Shown here piece after piece: positions 31,286 to 41,715 of a DNA stretch of 64,000 nucleotides. The translations under genes and the position numbers were made by a program. Origin of the DNA: Nautiliaceae bacterium (GTDB lineage Bacteria; Campylobacterota; Campylobacteria; Campylobacterales; Nautiliaceae); contig JBDONT010000029.1 in NCBI GenBank assembly GCA_039831155.1, forward strand, positions 529 through 64,528. Direction: 5' to 3'. Numbering within the stretch: position 1 is the stretch's first letter; each line of letters opens with the position of its first letter. The notes below the pieces were generated by a model that worked only from the letters and a program-made list of their open reading frames with translations, was not told the DNA's origin and did no database searches.

Positions 31286-32352
31286 CGAAACATTTTAATT
31301 ATTTTTTAATTTTTCTTCTTCCTTTTATGGCGATAAGTCTATTTCTAGTAAACGAAATTTCTCATAAGCTTTTTATTAAAGAATTAATATACATCTTTAT
31401 AGGTATAATCGCTTTTTTTGTAACATATCTTTTACCTATAAGAAAACTTTTATGGATTATACCTTTCATCTATCTTTTTAACCTCATTCTTTTAGGATTA
31501 GTGGATATTGTAGGTGTAAAAATATTAGGAGCTCAAAGATGGCTTAAAATCCCTATTTTAAATATAACCATCCAACCGTCAGAATTTATGAAAACCACCC
31601 TGCTTTTAATGCTAGGTTACTCTATTTATAAATACCCTCCAAGACCTGTTTATAATTTTAAAGAATTCATAAAACTCTCCTTAATTATTGTAGTTCCTTT
31701 TTTACTAATAGCAAAAGAACCGGACTTAGGAACTGCACTTATTACTCTTATAATAGGATTTGGAGTACTATTTATAGTAGGAGTGGACAAAAAAATCTGG
31801 ATATCATTAGGTATTTTTGCAATCCTCTTTACACCGGTTGCTTACAAATTTTTATTAAAAGATTATCAAAAAAAAAGAATAGAAAATTTTCTAAATAAAC
31901 CTAGCTATCACGTAAAACAATCAATAATAGCCATAGGAAGTGGCGGTTTATACGGAAAAAGCAAAGATGAAGCTACCCAAACCCAGCTAAAATTTCTTCC
32001 GATTGCCAGCAGTGATTTTATCTTTGCTTATTTAGTAGAAAGATTTGGATTTATAGGAGCTAGCAGTTTAATAACTCTTTATTTTATTCTTATCTATTAT
32101 CTTTTCTCCATTGCAAAAAAACTAAAAGAAGACTATTTTGCCAAAGTAATGTTTAGTGGAGTGGCTCTTATGATTTTTATCTACTCTTACATCAACATCT
32201 CAATGACTATGAATTTGGCTCCGGTTGTAGGTGTGCCTCTTCCCCTTGTAAGTCACGGAGGAACAAGTTTTATTAACTTTATGATACTTTTTGGGATACT
32301 AGAAAATTTAATTAGCAAAAAAGAGTTTATAAACACATACGGAGTAAAATAA
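31282..32352 (+). CDS. rodA: SEDS peptidoglycan glycosyltransferase RodA
   Basis: [42 protein letters not shown]. Confidence 0.88.
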   Translation: MTKHFNYFLIFLLPFMAISLFLVNEISHKLFIKELIYIFIGIIAFFVTYLLPIRKLLWIIPFIYLFNLILLGLVDIVGVKILGAQRWLKIPILNITIQPSEFMKTTLLLMLGYSIYKYPPRPVYNFKEFIKLSLIIVVPFLLIAKEPDLGTALITLIIGFGVLFIVGVDKKIWISLGIFAILFTPVAYKFLLKDYQKKRIENFLNKPSYHVKQSIIAIGSGGLYGKSKDEATQTQLKFLPIASSDFIFAYLVERFGFIGASSLITLYFILIYYLFSIAKKLKEDYFAKVMFSGVALMIFIYSYINISMTMNLAPVVGVPLPLVSHGGTSFINFMILFGILENLISKKEFINTYGVK

Positions 32353-32444
32353 TATAGTAATTCAATATAAAGTTTGAGCCGATTTAAACTAGCAAAAAAA
32401 TTAAATGAATTTATATAAGAAGTAACCAGAAAGTTTTGAATAAG

Positions 32445-32520
32445 TGGTGCCCAGGGACGGAATCGAACCGCCGACACAGGGATTTTCAGTCCCTTGCTCT
32501 ACCGACTGAGCTACCTGGGC
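32445..32520 (-). tRNA. tRNA-Phe (GAA)
   Basis: GCCCAGGTAGCTCAGTCGGTAGAGCAAGGGACTGAAAATCCCTGTGTCGGCGGTTCGATTCCGTCCCTGGGCACCA: cloverleaf with encoded CCA. Confidence 0.97.
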
Positions 32521-32525
32521 AAAAG

Positions 32526-32602
32526 TGGTGGACTCGGCAGGACTCGAACCTGCGACCAACCGGTTATGAGCCGGTTGCTCTAACCAACTGAGCTACGAGT
32601 CC
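32526..32602 (-). tRNA. tRNA with CAU anticodon, probably tRNA-Ile2 (lysidine-modified) rather than elongator Met
   Basis: GGACTCGTAGCTCAGTTGGTTAGAGCAACCGGCTCATAACCGGTTGGTCGCAGGTTCGAGTCCTGCCGAGTCCACCA; G1-C72 pair excludes initiator; GGAC acceptor stem and CGGCUCAUAACCG arm resemble B. subtilis tRNA-Ile2. Confidence 0.85.
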
Positions 32603-32659
32603 ACTTCTATGTGGATTGAAATTATATCTACTATAAGAAAAAAAATCAAGAGAAAAAAG

Positions 32660-34780
32660 TTAAAATTTCAAAAATTTATTAATTTCCTCTTTTAAATTAT
32701 CTTTTAATCTCTTTTTCAATTCATTTTCGGATAACTTCTTAAGCTCTTTTTTCAAAGAATTCATATCTAAATTTAAAAAGTCGGTATTCTCAAATTTCAA
32801 AGAACCTATTTGAGACGTTAACAGTTTTTTAGCTTTTTTCTTCTCTTTTTCTATCTCTTCATTTACACCTCTTTTAACTACAGAAGATAACACCCTATCA
32901 AGATTTGAATGAATTCTTAATTTTAAATTTTCCATTTTACCCAACACTTCTATGTCAAATTCCAGTTTTTTAACATTTTTCAAAAGATTAGTAACTTTTT
33001 TTGAATTTAAAAACTCTATAATTGAATTGTCACTAAAAGCTTTAATATTCAGTTTTAAAAATTTATCTTTTAAAATACCTTGAAATCTCACATCAAAATC
33101 AGCACTTAAAATTTTTAAAGGACCTATAAAATAATCTTTAACTTTTAATCTATCTACTTTTCCAAAAAGTTTAAACTCATTTAAATATTCAATTTTTATG
33201 AATGCAAAATCAAAATATCCGCTTTTTGAATCAACTTTTAAAATCGCACTTTTACTTAAAAGTTTTTGATTAGAGGATATATTATAACCGTTCACGACAA
33301 AACTTGCGTTTTTTAATATTACATTAGAGTAGAAATGTTCCAATACACAATCCGGATAAACGTTTTTATCCTTAAACTTAATATAAACTCCCTTAAATCT
33401 GCTTTTTTCTTCCTTAGAAGATGATTTTAAATAAGGTTTTACTCTCTCATACCAATATAAAGCTTTATTAATATATTCGCTTATTTGAGGTTTCAAAAAA
33501 CTCTCCACAAAAGATAAATACTCTTTATTTTTCAGCATATCATATCTTTTTTCTATATTCAAATAATCCTCATTAACAGCTTCTTTAAAGGCTTTTAAAT
33601 CTTTCTTTACTTTTTCTTTTGCTTTTAAAACTTCTTTTTTATCGCTTTTAATTAAAGAATCTATTTTAGAAATTTCATTATCAAGATTTTTTACTTTTTG
33701 AATTATGTCACTAATGTTATTGGCATTAGGTTTTGTGTTTTTTAAAGAGTCTATTTGAAGCTTTATAGAATTTAACTTTTCTTTAGCGATTTTTGCGTCT
33801 TGCTTTGATTTATTAACTATTTTTAAGAAACTTTCATAATCTTTTTTCAAAACTTCCAACTCTTTTTTACTTTTTAATTCATAATTAGCCAATACCTTAG
33901 AAACATCCGGAATTTTTATATTTAATTTAAAATCAGCAGTTTTTGAAGGTTTTGAAGAGACGTTTTTAACCTTTACAATCTCTTCTATATTTTTATTTGA
34001 ATAAACTTTAGAAATAACAAGTTTTTCAATATCACATTTCTTCCACATCAACTCTTTAAAAGAAAACTTTATTAAAATAGTATCAATCTTAACATCTCCT
34101 ACATAAACCCCTTTTAAATCAACTTTTAAATTTCCAAAAGAAACATCAACTTTTTTTACTTTGACCGGTTTACGGGTAATTTTAGATACTGAAACTTCAA
34201 AAGCCTTTTTTATAATAAAAGGAGTGGTAACATAAATAAATCCACTAATTAAACCTACAACCCCTACAAAAGCAATCAAACCACTTAATCTAAAAACACC
34301 TTTTTTCTCCTCCTTAGGTACAAGCCACTTTAAAAGTTTGTATTTACTAAAAAAAGGAAACAGCTTTTTTCTATAAACTTCTATCGAACGGTTTAATAAA
34401 ATATAAACCCCAACACCTAAAACGACTCCCCAAACAAACGAACCCAAAACAACCGTATTATTAAAATCACTCCACCTAAAATAAGGAATATTATAAAGCC
34501 ACTCCCATAAAGGCTCCAAAAATTTAAAATGCAAAAGTTCCCACCCCGTGTAAGCAAAAACAGGATCCAAAACAAAAGCTATAATCTCAAAAAAACTCCA
34601 AGAAGCAAAATAAAGTCCCAAAGGTATTCTAAATACAAACACAAAAAACAAAATCAAAAAAGTTATTAAATTAATCCCCGGCAAAAACCCACTTACAAGC
34701 CCAAGCACAATCGCCAAAGAGATAAATTTCTGTGAATCCGCACTGTTTAGTTCTCTTAAAAACTTAATCAAAAATTCCAT
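32660..34780 (-). CDS. Apparent TIGR03546 + TIGR03545 family fusion membrane protein
   Basis: N-terminal LRELNS...ISLAIVLGLVSGFLP / FNNTVVLGS membrane module, then TM, central coiled coil and beta-rich AsmA-like C-terminus. Confidence 0.6.
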   Translation of the reverse strand: MEFLIKFLRELNSADSQKFISLAIVLGLVSGFLPGINLITFLILFFVFVFRIPLGLYFASWSFFEIIAFVLDPVFAYTGWELLHFKFLEPLWEWLYNIPYFRWSDFNNTVVLGSFVWGVVLGVGVYILLNRSIEVYRKKLFPFFSKYKLLKWLVPKEEKKGVFRLSGLIAFVGVVGLISGFIYVTTPFIIKKAFEVSVSKITRKPVKVKKVDVSFGNLKVDLKGVYVGDVKIDTILIKFSFKELMWKKCDIEKLVISKVYSNKNIEEIVKVKNVSSKPSKTADFKLNIKIPDVSKVLANYELKSKKELEVLKKDYESFLKIVNKSKQDAKIAKEKLNSIKLQIDSLKNTKPNANNISDIIQKVKNLDNEISKIDSLIKSDKKEVLKAKEKVKKDLKAFKEAVNEDYLNIEKRYDMLKNKEYLSFVESFLKPQISEYINKALYWYERVKPYLKSSSKEEKSRFKGVYIKFKDKNVYPDCVLEHFYSNVILKNASFVVNGYNISSNQKLLSKSAILKVDSKSGYFDFAFIKIEYLNEFKLFGKVDRLKVKDYFIGPLKILSADFDVRFQGILKDKFLKLNIKAFSDNSIIEFLNSKKVTNLLKNVKKLEFDIEVLGKMENLKLRIHSNLDRVLSSVVKRGVNEEIEKEKKKAKKLLTSQIGSLKFENTDFLNLDMNSLKKELKKLSENELKKRLKDNLKEEINKFLKF

Positions 34781-34782
34781 CT

Positions 34783-35073
34783 TTATCCTTTTATTTTTTC
34801 TATAAATTTTGCAATCTCTTCAAAATCTTTATCAATTCTATAATACGGCTTATATTTTTCAAAATTCCTCCAGGGAATATAAGCACTGTTTCTGCCTCTT
34901 TTTTCAAGTTCCATTGCAACTGCGGCATTTATAAGACCTTTATAAGCAAATTGAATTTTATCGTCTCCTTTTCTTAAACCTTGCCAAACTTCTTCTAATA
35001 CTTCGTGGGCTTCATAAAATTCACCTTTTAAAATAAGTTTTTTAAACTCCTCTAACTCTTTTCTCAAAACCAC
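34783..35073 (-). CDS. DUF309 protein
   Basis: FYEAHEVLEEVW...KGLINAAVA family motif. Confidence 0.8.
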   Translation of the reverse strand: MVLRKELEEFKKLILKGEFYEAHEVLEEVWQGLRKGDDKIQFAYKGLINAAVAMELEKRGRNSAYIPWRNFEKYKPYYRIDKDFEEIAKFIEKIKG

Positions 35074-35105
35074 TCCTTATATTATAATTTCAAAAAAGGC
35101 TTTAA

Positions 35106-35825
35106 ATGTTAAACATCGTAACGGCTTTAAGTATAGAGGCAAAACCTATAATAAAACATTTCAATCTAAAAGCCAAAAACGAAATATATCAAAATAATTA
35201 TTTAAATTTAACAATAACCGGCAGTGGTAAACTAAAATCGGCAATAAACACCACTATTTTACTTACGAAATATCAATTCCCGACTCTTAATATAGGAATT
35301 GCAGGAAGTAACGAACATCAGATAAACCAAGGTTTTTTTATTCACAAAATCATAGACACCGACTCCAACCTAAAATACTATCCCGATTTTTTCCAAGACA
35401 ACAGCGAAACTTTACATACCGTATCCCAAATAAAAACATACTACCCTCTTGTAGATATGGAAGGAAGTGGCTTTTTTGAAGCTTGTTACAAATTTTTAAG
35501 TGTAGAGGAAATTATTCTTTATAAAATAGTAAGCGATACTCCATTAAGAGAGCCTAAAAAAGATTTAATCCCTTCTCTTATCAAAAACCATATCCACGTT
35601 ATAGAAAACCTCCTAGACTCACTTCCTAAAAAAGAAGAGTTTTTCAAAGAGATAAACGAAGCCTTAAAAGAAGCCTCTTTAAAAATGCATTTAACCAAAA
35701 CCCAATACAATCAACTAAAAAACATCTTAACTTATTACAAGCTAATAAACAAACCTTTTCCAAAATTTTATAAAATAAGAAAAAAAGAAGATGTTAAGAA
35801 GTTTATTACCAGTTTAACTTCTTAA
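35106..35825 (+). CDS. Nucleoside phosphorylase/MTA-nucleosidase fold protein
   Basis: ALSIEAKP, ITGSGK, NIGIAG, VDMEGSGF, KIVSD. Confidence 0.7.
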   Translation: MLNIVTALSIEAKPIIKHFNLKAKNEIYQNNYLNLTITGSGKLKSAINTTILLTKYQFPTLNIGIAGSNEHQINQGFFIHKIIDTDSNLKYYPDFFQDNSETLHTVSQIKTYYPLVDMEGSGFFEACYKFLSVEEIILYKIVSDTPLREPKKDLIPSLIKNHIHVIENLLDSLPKKEEFFKEINEALKEASLKMHLTKTQYNQLKNILTYYKLINKPFPKFYKIRKKEDVKKFITSLTS

Positions 35826-38655
35826 CTTGAGATTTTGTAACGTTTTCTTCATTCGGAGTAATATTTACATCAACCGTGCGATTAGTTTCATTAAACTTTT
35901 CATTCGATATCGATTTAACCCCGCTCCATCCTTTCGAACTCATTAAAAAATCAACTTTAACACAAGGATGAGTAAAACAACTTTCATCTTCACTAGGGTC
36001 TTTATATATTGTAGCTAAAGGATGATACCACAACCAAGAATTAATTCCCAAATGGATTTTTACACTATAAGGAAGAATATGTATAGTTTTAAAAGTCACA
36101 TTCTCTTCACCGTTTACAACCGAATTTAATTCCACCGTAACATCATTCGGTTTAACAACCGAAGTTATATTTCCATCATTATTATTATGGTCTTTATTTA
36201 AAACCCACTCATCATTATTCCAGTAAAAATAAGTAAATTTACCATTTAATTCATTTCCATAACCTGCTACATTTGTAGCTTTTATACGTCCGTATCTGTA
36301 AGTTGCTTTGGAATAAGTCGGATTGATTACGCTTATATCCGCACTTCCGAATGTAGAATTTTCATCGCTCACATTTACATCTCTTAGCGTTACGTTAAAT
36401 TCATTTACCGGATAAGAATATTTTTTAGTAAATCCTATTAAAAGATGAATTATAGCACTTCCGTTCGTATCGATTGAGAAGAAATTTTTATTAACATCTC
36501 TCAATTCCAATACTTGATTTAAAGAAACATTATTTTCTTCTCCCGTTTGGTTTATTTCATAACTAACTTTTTGGTCAATCGGAAAATTATTAACATCCAA
36601 ATATTTATAAGAAACATTCAAATCGAAATTTTTAGCATAACATAACGCATTATAATTTTTAGCTATCGAATTTTTCGTATAAGCTGTAATATTTAATTCG
36701 GCAAAAGCGGACATCTTTAAAGTATTAGAAATATAAGTAAACTTACCTTTGTTAAAATTATAAAAACCTCCGTTAATTACGAATTTATAAGGAACGAAAA
36801 GTTTAAACGTTCCGTATCCCGGTGAAATAAGCAAAATATCGTCACTTATTCCGCTATCATTTTCATCAACACTAGCAAATTCGTGAGTATCTTTAATTTC
36901 TCTTACGCTAGCGTTAATTTCTCCGACTTCATTATAAGCTACGCTAACGTGAGCCACTCCGTTTACAAAATTAGCATTATAAAACTCATTTGCAAATTTA
37001 CCTCCGAGACAAGATGCTTTTAAATCTTTAGCACTCAACCCTATATCATCGTTAAAATTAGCATTCGAAATCAAATTACCGTTATAATCTAAAGCTTCTA
37101 ACGTAATATTAAACTCATCTCCGGCTTTTATAACCGAATCTATATTTGATAATTTATATTTAGCCGGTCTTATGGAAAAATCGTCTCTACTACAAACTTT
37201 ATTGGAATAATTATCAAATACACACTGTAAACATTCGTCACTAGGGACATCTCCGCCTCCGTAAGTTCTGTTTCTTTTATAGTTACAAACTTGTGCACAC
37301 GGTACGTCACAATAATCCGAATCTATATTTCCCGTCGGACAAGCATCTCCGTATCTAGCCGTTGCTATTTGAGTTAATAATCCCCACACGCAATTATTAG
37401 TTCTATCGACACACGCATTATCATTATCCGCTATCATATTACCTTGAGCGTCAGTCAAATATCTAACCCTAAATCTAGCATCTTTCAACACTCCGGAATA
37501 AATTATATTATTTATTTCCTTTACGCTTTCTTGATTAAAAAACAAAAAATACCTATTAAGAGTCGGATTCGTATCGCATTCATATTGATTGGAAGGATTT
37601 TTAATCAAATCAACCTCCACAACTCCCGAATAATTTTCTAAGGTTTGATAATCTTTATTTAACTTTAAAACCTTTACCGAAAAAGGTTTATTCGCTATTT
37701 TTGTAAAGATTTGATTTAAAGAGTTTTCCGGGTCTATAGGATCGGTATCGGAATCAAAACTACTTTCAACTACATTGAAAGTTCCTGTTACCAAAGAGAC
37801 TTGAGAATGTTCCGTACAATTAAACATATCTCCTATCGAACCGTCATATATAAAAATTCCGTTATTTCCGTTTATATTTCGTTCGGCAGTTAAAGCTCCG
37901 TACAAAATTATAGGTAAATTCGCTCTAAATTCACCTTTTACATAAAGATACGCTCTTACTACCGATACTCTATCCACTTCTATACTTCCTCCACTATAGA
38001 TAAACAAATTATGAGAATCTCCGTTTCTATTTATATCTCCCATTATTTTAAAATCATTTTTCACAAAAATTCTAACATCTCCCCCTTCCGGCAATATAAT
38101 TTTAGTATCGCTGTTAATTATTAAAGAATTAAAATAATAATCCCCCGGATAAAATTCAAGAGTAAAAGTTCTGTTTTGTAAAGTAATATCACCAAACGTC
38201 ATACATTTTTGATTTGTATCGTAAGGACAAGTTTCATTAGCATCAAAAATTAAAGTCGAAGGAGTCATATTGTTAAAATTATTAGTATTGGAAGTATAAT
38301 CGGTATGTGTAAAATTACACTCATTAGGATATTTACAATCGTTATCAACACTATAAGTTAAAGCCGAAGTCAATAATACCGGTGTAAATGTAGGAGCGTT
38401 TAAAGATTTTATATCACAAGTCACATTCGATAAACACTCTTTATCCGTATAACATTTCACACTTTGCAACGTATTTGTTTTATCCGAATAAATCGAACTA
38501 CTACCACAGATTTTAGAATTTGAAAATTGAACCGTAGAATACCCGTACACCGAACTTGGAAACACATCACATATATTAGCGAATCTATCTCCTATAGTAG
38601 CGGTATCCGCCCTTAACAAAGTAAAAAATATAAAAAAGAAAAACAATCCTCTCAT
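35806..38655 (-). CDS. Secreted MshQ-like (DUF6701-type) Cys-rich protein
   Basis: Signal peptide, beta-solenoid-like N-terminal region, DDFSIRPA, C-terminal YRYGRIKATNVAG...FTYFYW typical of MshQ-like proteins. Confidence 0.6.
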   Translation of the reverse strand: MRGLFFFFIFFTLLRADTATIGDRFANICDVFPSSVYGYSTVQFSNSKICGSSSIYSDKTNTLQSVKCYTDKECLSNVTCDIKSLNAPTFTPVLLTSALTYSVDNDCKYPNECNFTHTDYTSNTNNFNNMTPSTLIFDANETCPYDTNQKCMTFGDITLQNRTFTLEFYPGDYYFNSLIINSDTKIILPEGGDVRIFVKNDFKIMGDINRNGDSHNLFIYSGGSIEVDRVSVVRAYLYVKGEFRANLPIILYGALTAERNINGNNGIFIYDGSIGDMFNCTEHSQVSLVTGTFNVVESSFDSDTDPIDPENSLNQIFTKIANKPFSVKVLKLNKDYQTLENYSGVVEVDLIKNPSNQYECDTNPTLNRYFLFFNQESVKEINNIIYSGVLKDARFRVRYLTDAQGNMIADNDNACVDRTNNCVWGLLTQIATARYGDACPTGNIDSDYCDVPCAQVCNYKRNRTYGGGDVPSDECLQCVFDNYSNKVCSRDDFSIRPAKYKLSNIDSVIKAGDEFNITLEALDYNGNLISNANFNDDIGLSAKDLKASCLGGKFANEFYNANFVNGVAHVSVAYNEVGEINASVREIKDTHEFASVDENDSGISDDILLISPGYGTFKLFVPYKFVINGGFYNFNKGKFTYISNTLKMSAFAELNITAYTKNSIAKNYNALCYAKNFDLNVSYKYLDVNNFPIDQKVSYEINQTGEENNVSLNQVLELRDVNKNFFSIDTNGSAIIHLLIGFTKKYSYPVNEFNVTLRDVNVSDENSTFGSADISVINPTYSKATYRYGRIKATNVAGYGNELNGKFTYFYWNNDEWVLNKDHNNNDGNITSVVKPNDVTVELNSVVNGEENVTFKTIHILPYSVKIHLGINSWLWYHPLATIYKDPSEDESCFTHPCVKVDFLMSSKGWSGVKSISNEKFNETNRTVDVNITPNEENVTKSQVKKLNW

Positions 38656-38734
38656 TTTAAAACCTTTTTGTTTTAATCCTATTTTAATTATACAACTTTT
38701 TTATAAAATTTACAAATTTAATACCAAAGTCAAA

Positions 38735-38758
38735 AAAGTGAAAAACAACTTTCACTTT
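38735..38758. promoter_or_regulatory. Perfect 9-bp inverted repeat, candidate operator
   Basis: AAAGTGAAA-N6-TTTCACTTT, 7 nt upstream of the extended -10-like TGATACACT of the SPL-like gene. Confidence 0.5.
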
Positions 38759-38790
38759 ATTTTGATACACTTTCAAAAAAAGGTTAAGAG

Positions 38791-39714
38791 TTGATTTGTT
38801 ATATAGAAAAAGAAATTTTAAATGAAGCTTTAATACAAAAAATTATAAACAAATTCAATCCCAAAATAATAGAAATAGACCATTATAAAGATATCTTTAA
38901 CCGTTCTCATCAAAATTTTAACTATCAAAAACAAAAAAACGTACTCATCCTGGCAAAAAAAGAAAAAAACTTTTTATATAAAGGAAGCAGCTTTTGTAAT
39001 AATAGAGGCTATCAAAATTTTTTTTATTCAACTCAAATTTTAGGATGTATTTATAACTGTCATTACTGTTATTTAGCCGGAATGTACCCGTGTGGATATC
39101 CGGTGATTTTTGTAAATGAAGATGATTTTATAAAAGAGAGCGAAAAACTCTCAAACACTTATATAGCAATTAGCTACGAAACCGACCTTTTAGCATTTGA
39201 GGGAATTTATCCTTTCCATAAAAAATGGATAGAACTTGCCAAAAAAAGAAAAGATTTATTTATAGAAAGTAGAACGAAATCGGCAAATACCCACAAGCTA
39301 CCAAACAATCCTCCTAAAAATTTTCTACTTAGCTTCTCATTATCACCTATAGAAATAAATAAATTTGAAGAAAAAGCCCCTACTCTTGAAAAAAGAATAA
39401 AAGCAATAAAAATCGCTCAAGAAAAAAATTACAATATAGAAATAGCAATAGACCCTATTTTAAAAGTAGAAAATCATGAAGAAATATACAAAAACTTTAT
39501 AGCTTATCTCAAAAAGCAATTGGACTTAAAATATATAAACCTGGAAATAGGAGCTTTTAGAATGAATAAAGGATTTTTAAAAAATTTAAGAAAAACTCAT
39601 TTAAGTCCTATAAGCTGGTATCCATATGAAATAAAAAATAACGAAGCAAGATATGAAGATGAAAAAAAGATAATTGAAAATATAAAAAAAATAATAAAGG
39701 AAGAAGGAAATTAG
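38791..39714 (+). CDS. Spore photoproduct lyase family radical SAM protein
   Basis: GCIYNCHYCYL (B. subtilis SplB GCMGHCHYCYL), FVNEDDF, SRTK, FSLSP..NKFEEKAPTLEKRI, IDPI. Confidence 0.85.
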   Translation: MICYIEKEILNEALIQKIINKFNPKIIEIDHYKDIFNRSHQNFNYQKQKNVLILAKKEKNFLYKGSSFCNNRGYQNFFYSTQILGCIYNCHYCYLAGMYPCGYPVIFVNEDDFIKESEKLSNTYIAISYETDLLAFEGIYPFHKKWIELAKKRKDLFIESRTKSANTHKLPNNPPKNFLLSFSLSPIEINKFEEKAPTLEKRIKAIKIAQEKNYNIEIAIDPILKVENHEEIYKNFIAYLKKQLDLKYINLEIGAFRMNKGFLKNLRKTHLSPISWYPYEIKNNEARYEDEKKIIENIKKIIKEEGN

Positions 39715-40835
39715 AATTTATAGTTTCCTTCAAATCTGAATTCTTTATTATCGCTAGTGTTAACTTTAAAATCAGCTACATCATAAGCTGCTGCAAATGA
39801 AAGTTTTTTATTAACTGCATATTTCGCACCTAACGTGTATTCATTTAGGTCATTGTTTGCAGAAGTTTTGTCATTTTGATGTTGATATGCTACATATACG
39901 CTTGTAGCGTTGTCTACATTGTATCCAACTTTTGCATATAGAGCAGTTCTATCGCTTTTATCAGCAATTGAATAGTTGTTTACAGTTGGAATAACCTTTG
40001 CAATTGGTGCATCTATTGAAGTTGTTACAAGGCTGTTTCCGTCGTTTACATAAGCGTAACCGGCTTTTACGCAGAATGCATCTTGAGCATATTTAGCTGA
40101 AATATTGTAATAAGTTGTAGATTTTACATTTGAACCTTCGTTTTTACCGTTTGCAAAGTCAACGTGTACGTCTACATCTTTTACCGGAGTAGCATCTAAT
40201 GATAAAGTTACTAAGTGTTTAACTGTATTTGTTATTTGATAATACCAAGCGTTACCTTTTACCATATCAGTGTTGAATAGTGCAGCTATTGCATATACGT
40301 CAGCTGTATTTGCCACTACTGTTTTTCCGTTTTTAAGTGCATCAATCCAAGCTGCCGCTACTGTTAAGTTTTTGTTTACAGTATAAGTAGCAATAGCACC
40401 CGCACCATGTCCTGGAGCGAAGTAATCAGCACTTGTAATTGAAGTAGCTACAGGAATTTTACCTAAAATAGCACTTACATTATCTTTTTTATATTGGATA
40501 AATAGTAAGTTGTTTAAGATATTACTATCAACACTTGTAGTTCCACCAGCTTGAGTATCTGTAAGACTATCATCGTCAGTGTATACGTTTGATTCTACAG
40601 AGTTTCTCATTACAATGCTGAATCCAGTATCACCGATTGGATTTTTGAATACGAATACGGCGTTTGTTCTCCATCTATTGTAAGAGTTTTGATCTTTTGG
40701 CATTTCATGGTAAAGTCTTACTCTAATTTTTCCACTTAAATCTACATTTTTAATTGCGTCAGATAATGAAGTAGCACTTGCTACACTCATTGAACCCATT
40801 GCTATTAAAGCTGCTAAAGATAATTTTTTTAGCAT
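39711..40835 (-). CDS. porA: Major outer membrane porin (Campylobacter MOMP family)
   Basis: MLKKLSLAALIA...ATSLSDAIKNVDLSG.IRVR N-terminus, alternating beta-strands, terminal YKF; high-expression codon bias. Confidence 0.8.
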   Translation of the reverse strand: MLKKLSLAALIAMGSMSVASATSLSDAIKNVDLSGKIRVRLYHEMPKDQNSYNRWRTNAVFVFKNPIGDTGFSIVMRNSVESNVYTDDDSLTDTQAGGTTSVDSNILNNLLFIQYKKDNVSAILGKIPVATSITSADYFAPGHGAGAIATYTVNKNLTVAAAWIDALKNGKTVVANTADVYAIAALFNTDMVKGNAWYYQITNTVKHLVTLSLDATPVKDVDVHVDFANGKNEGSNVKSTTYYNISAKYAQDAFCVKAGYAYVNDGNSLVTTSIDAPIAKVIPTVNNYSIADKSDRTALYAKVGYNVDNATSVYVAYQHQNDKTSANNDLNEYTLGAKYAVNKKLSFAAAYDVADFKVNTSDNKEFRFEGNYKF

Positions 40836-40935
40836 TCTCTCTCCTTTTTTTTAATATTGTCTCATAATTATATCGTCAAATTCACTAAAAATCAAATGTT
40901 TTTTTGTTATTTTTTTAAAAATTTTTAAAAACTCG

Positions 40936-41715
<780 letters not shown>

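Noticed and set aside
32445-35073. Possible tRNA-anchored genomic island
   Set aside because: No integrase, no duplicated tRNA 3' end, and the flanking genes look chromosomal
39986-40002. TTGGAATAACCTTTGCA sigma54-like motif antisense within the porin gene
   Set aside because: Explained by porin codons; no downstream plus-strand gene; a chance match is plausible in 64 kb
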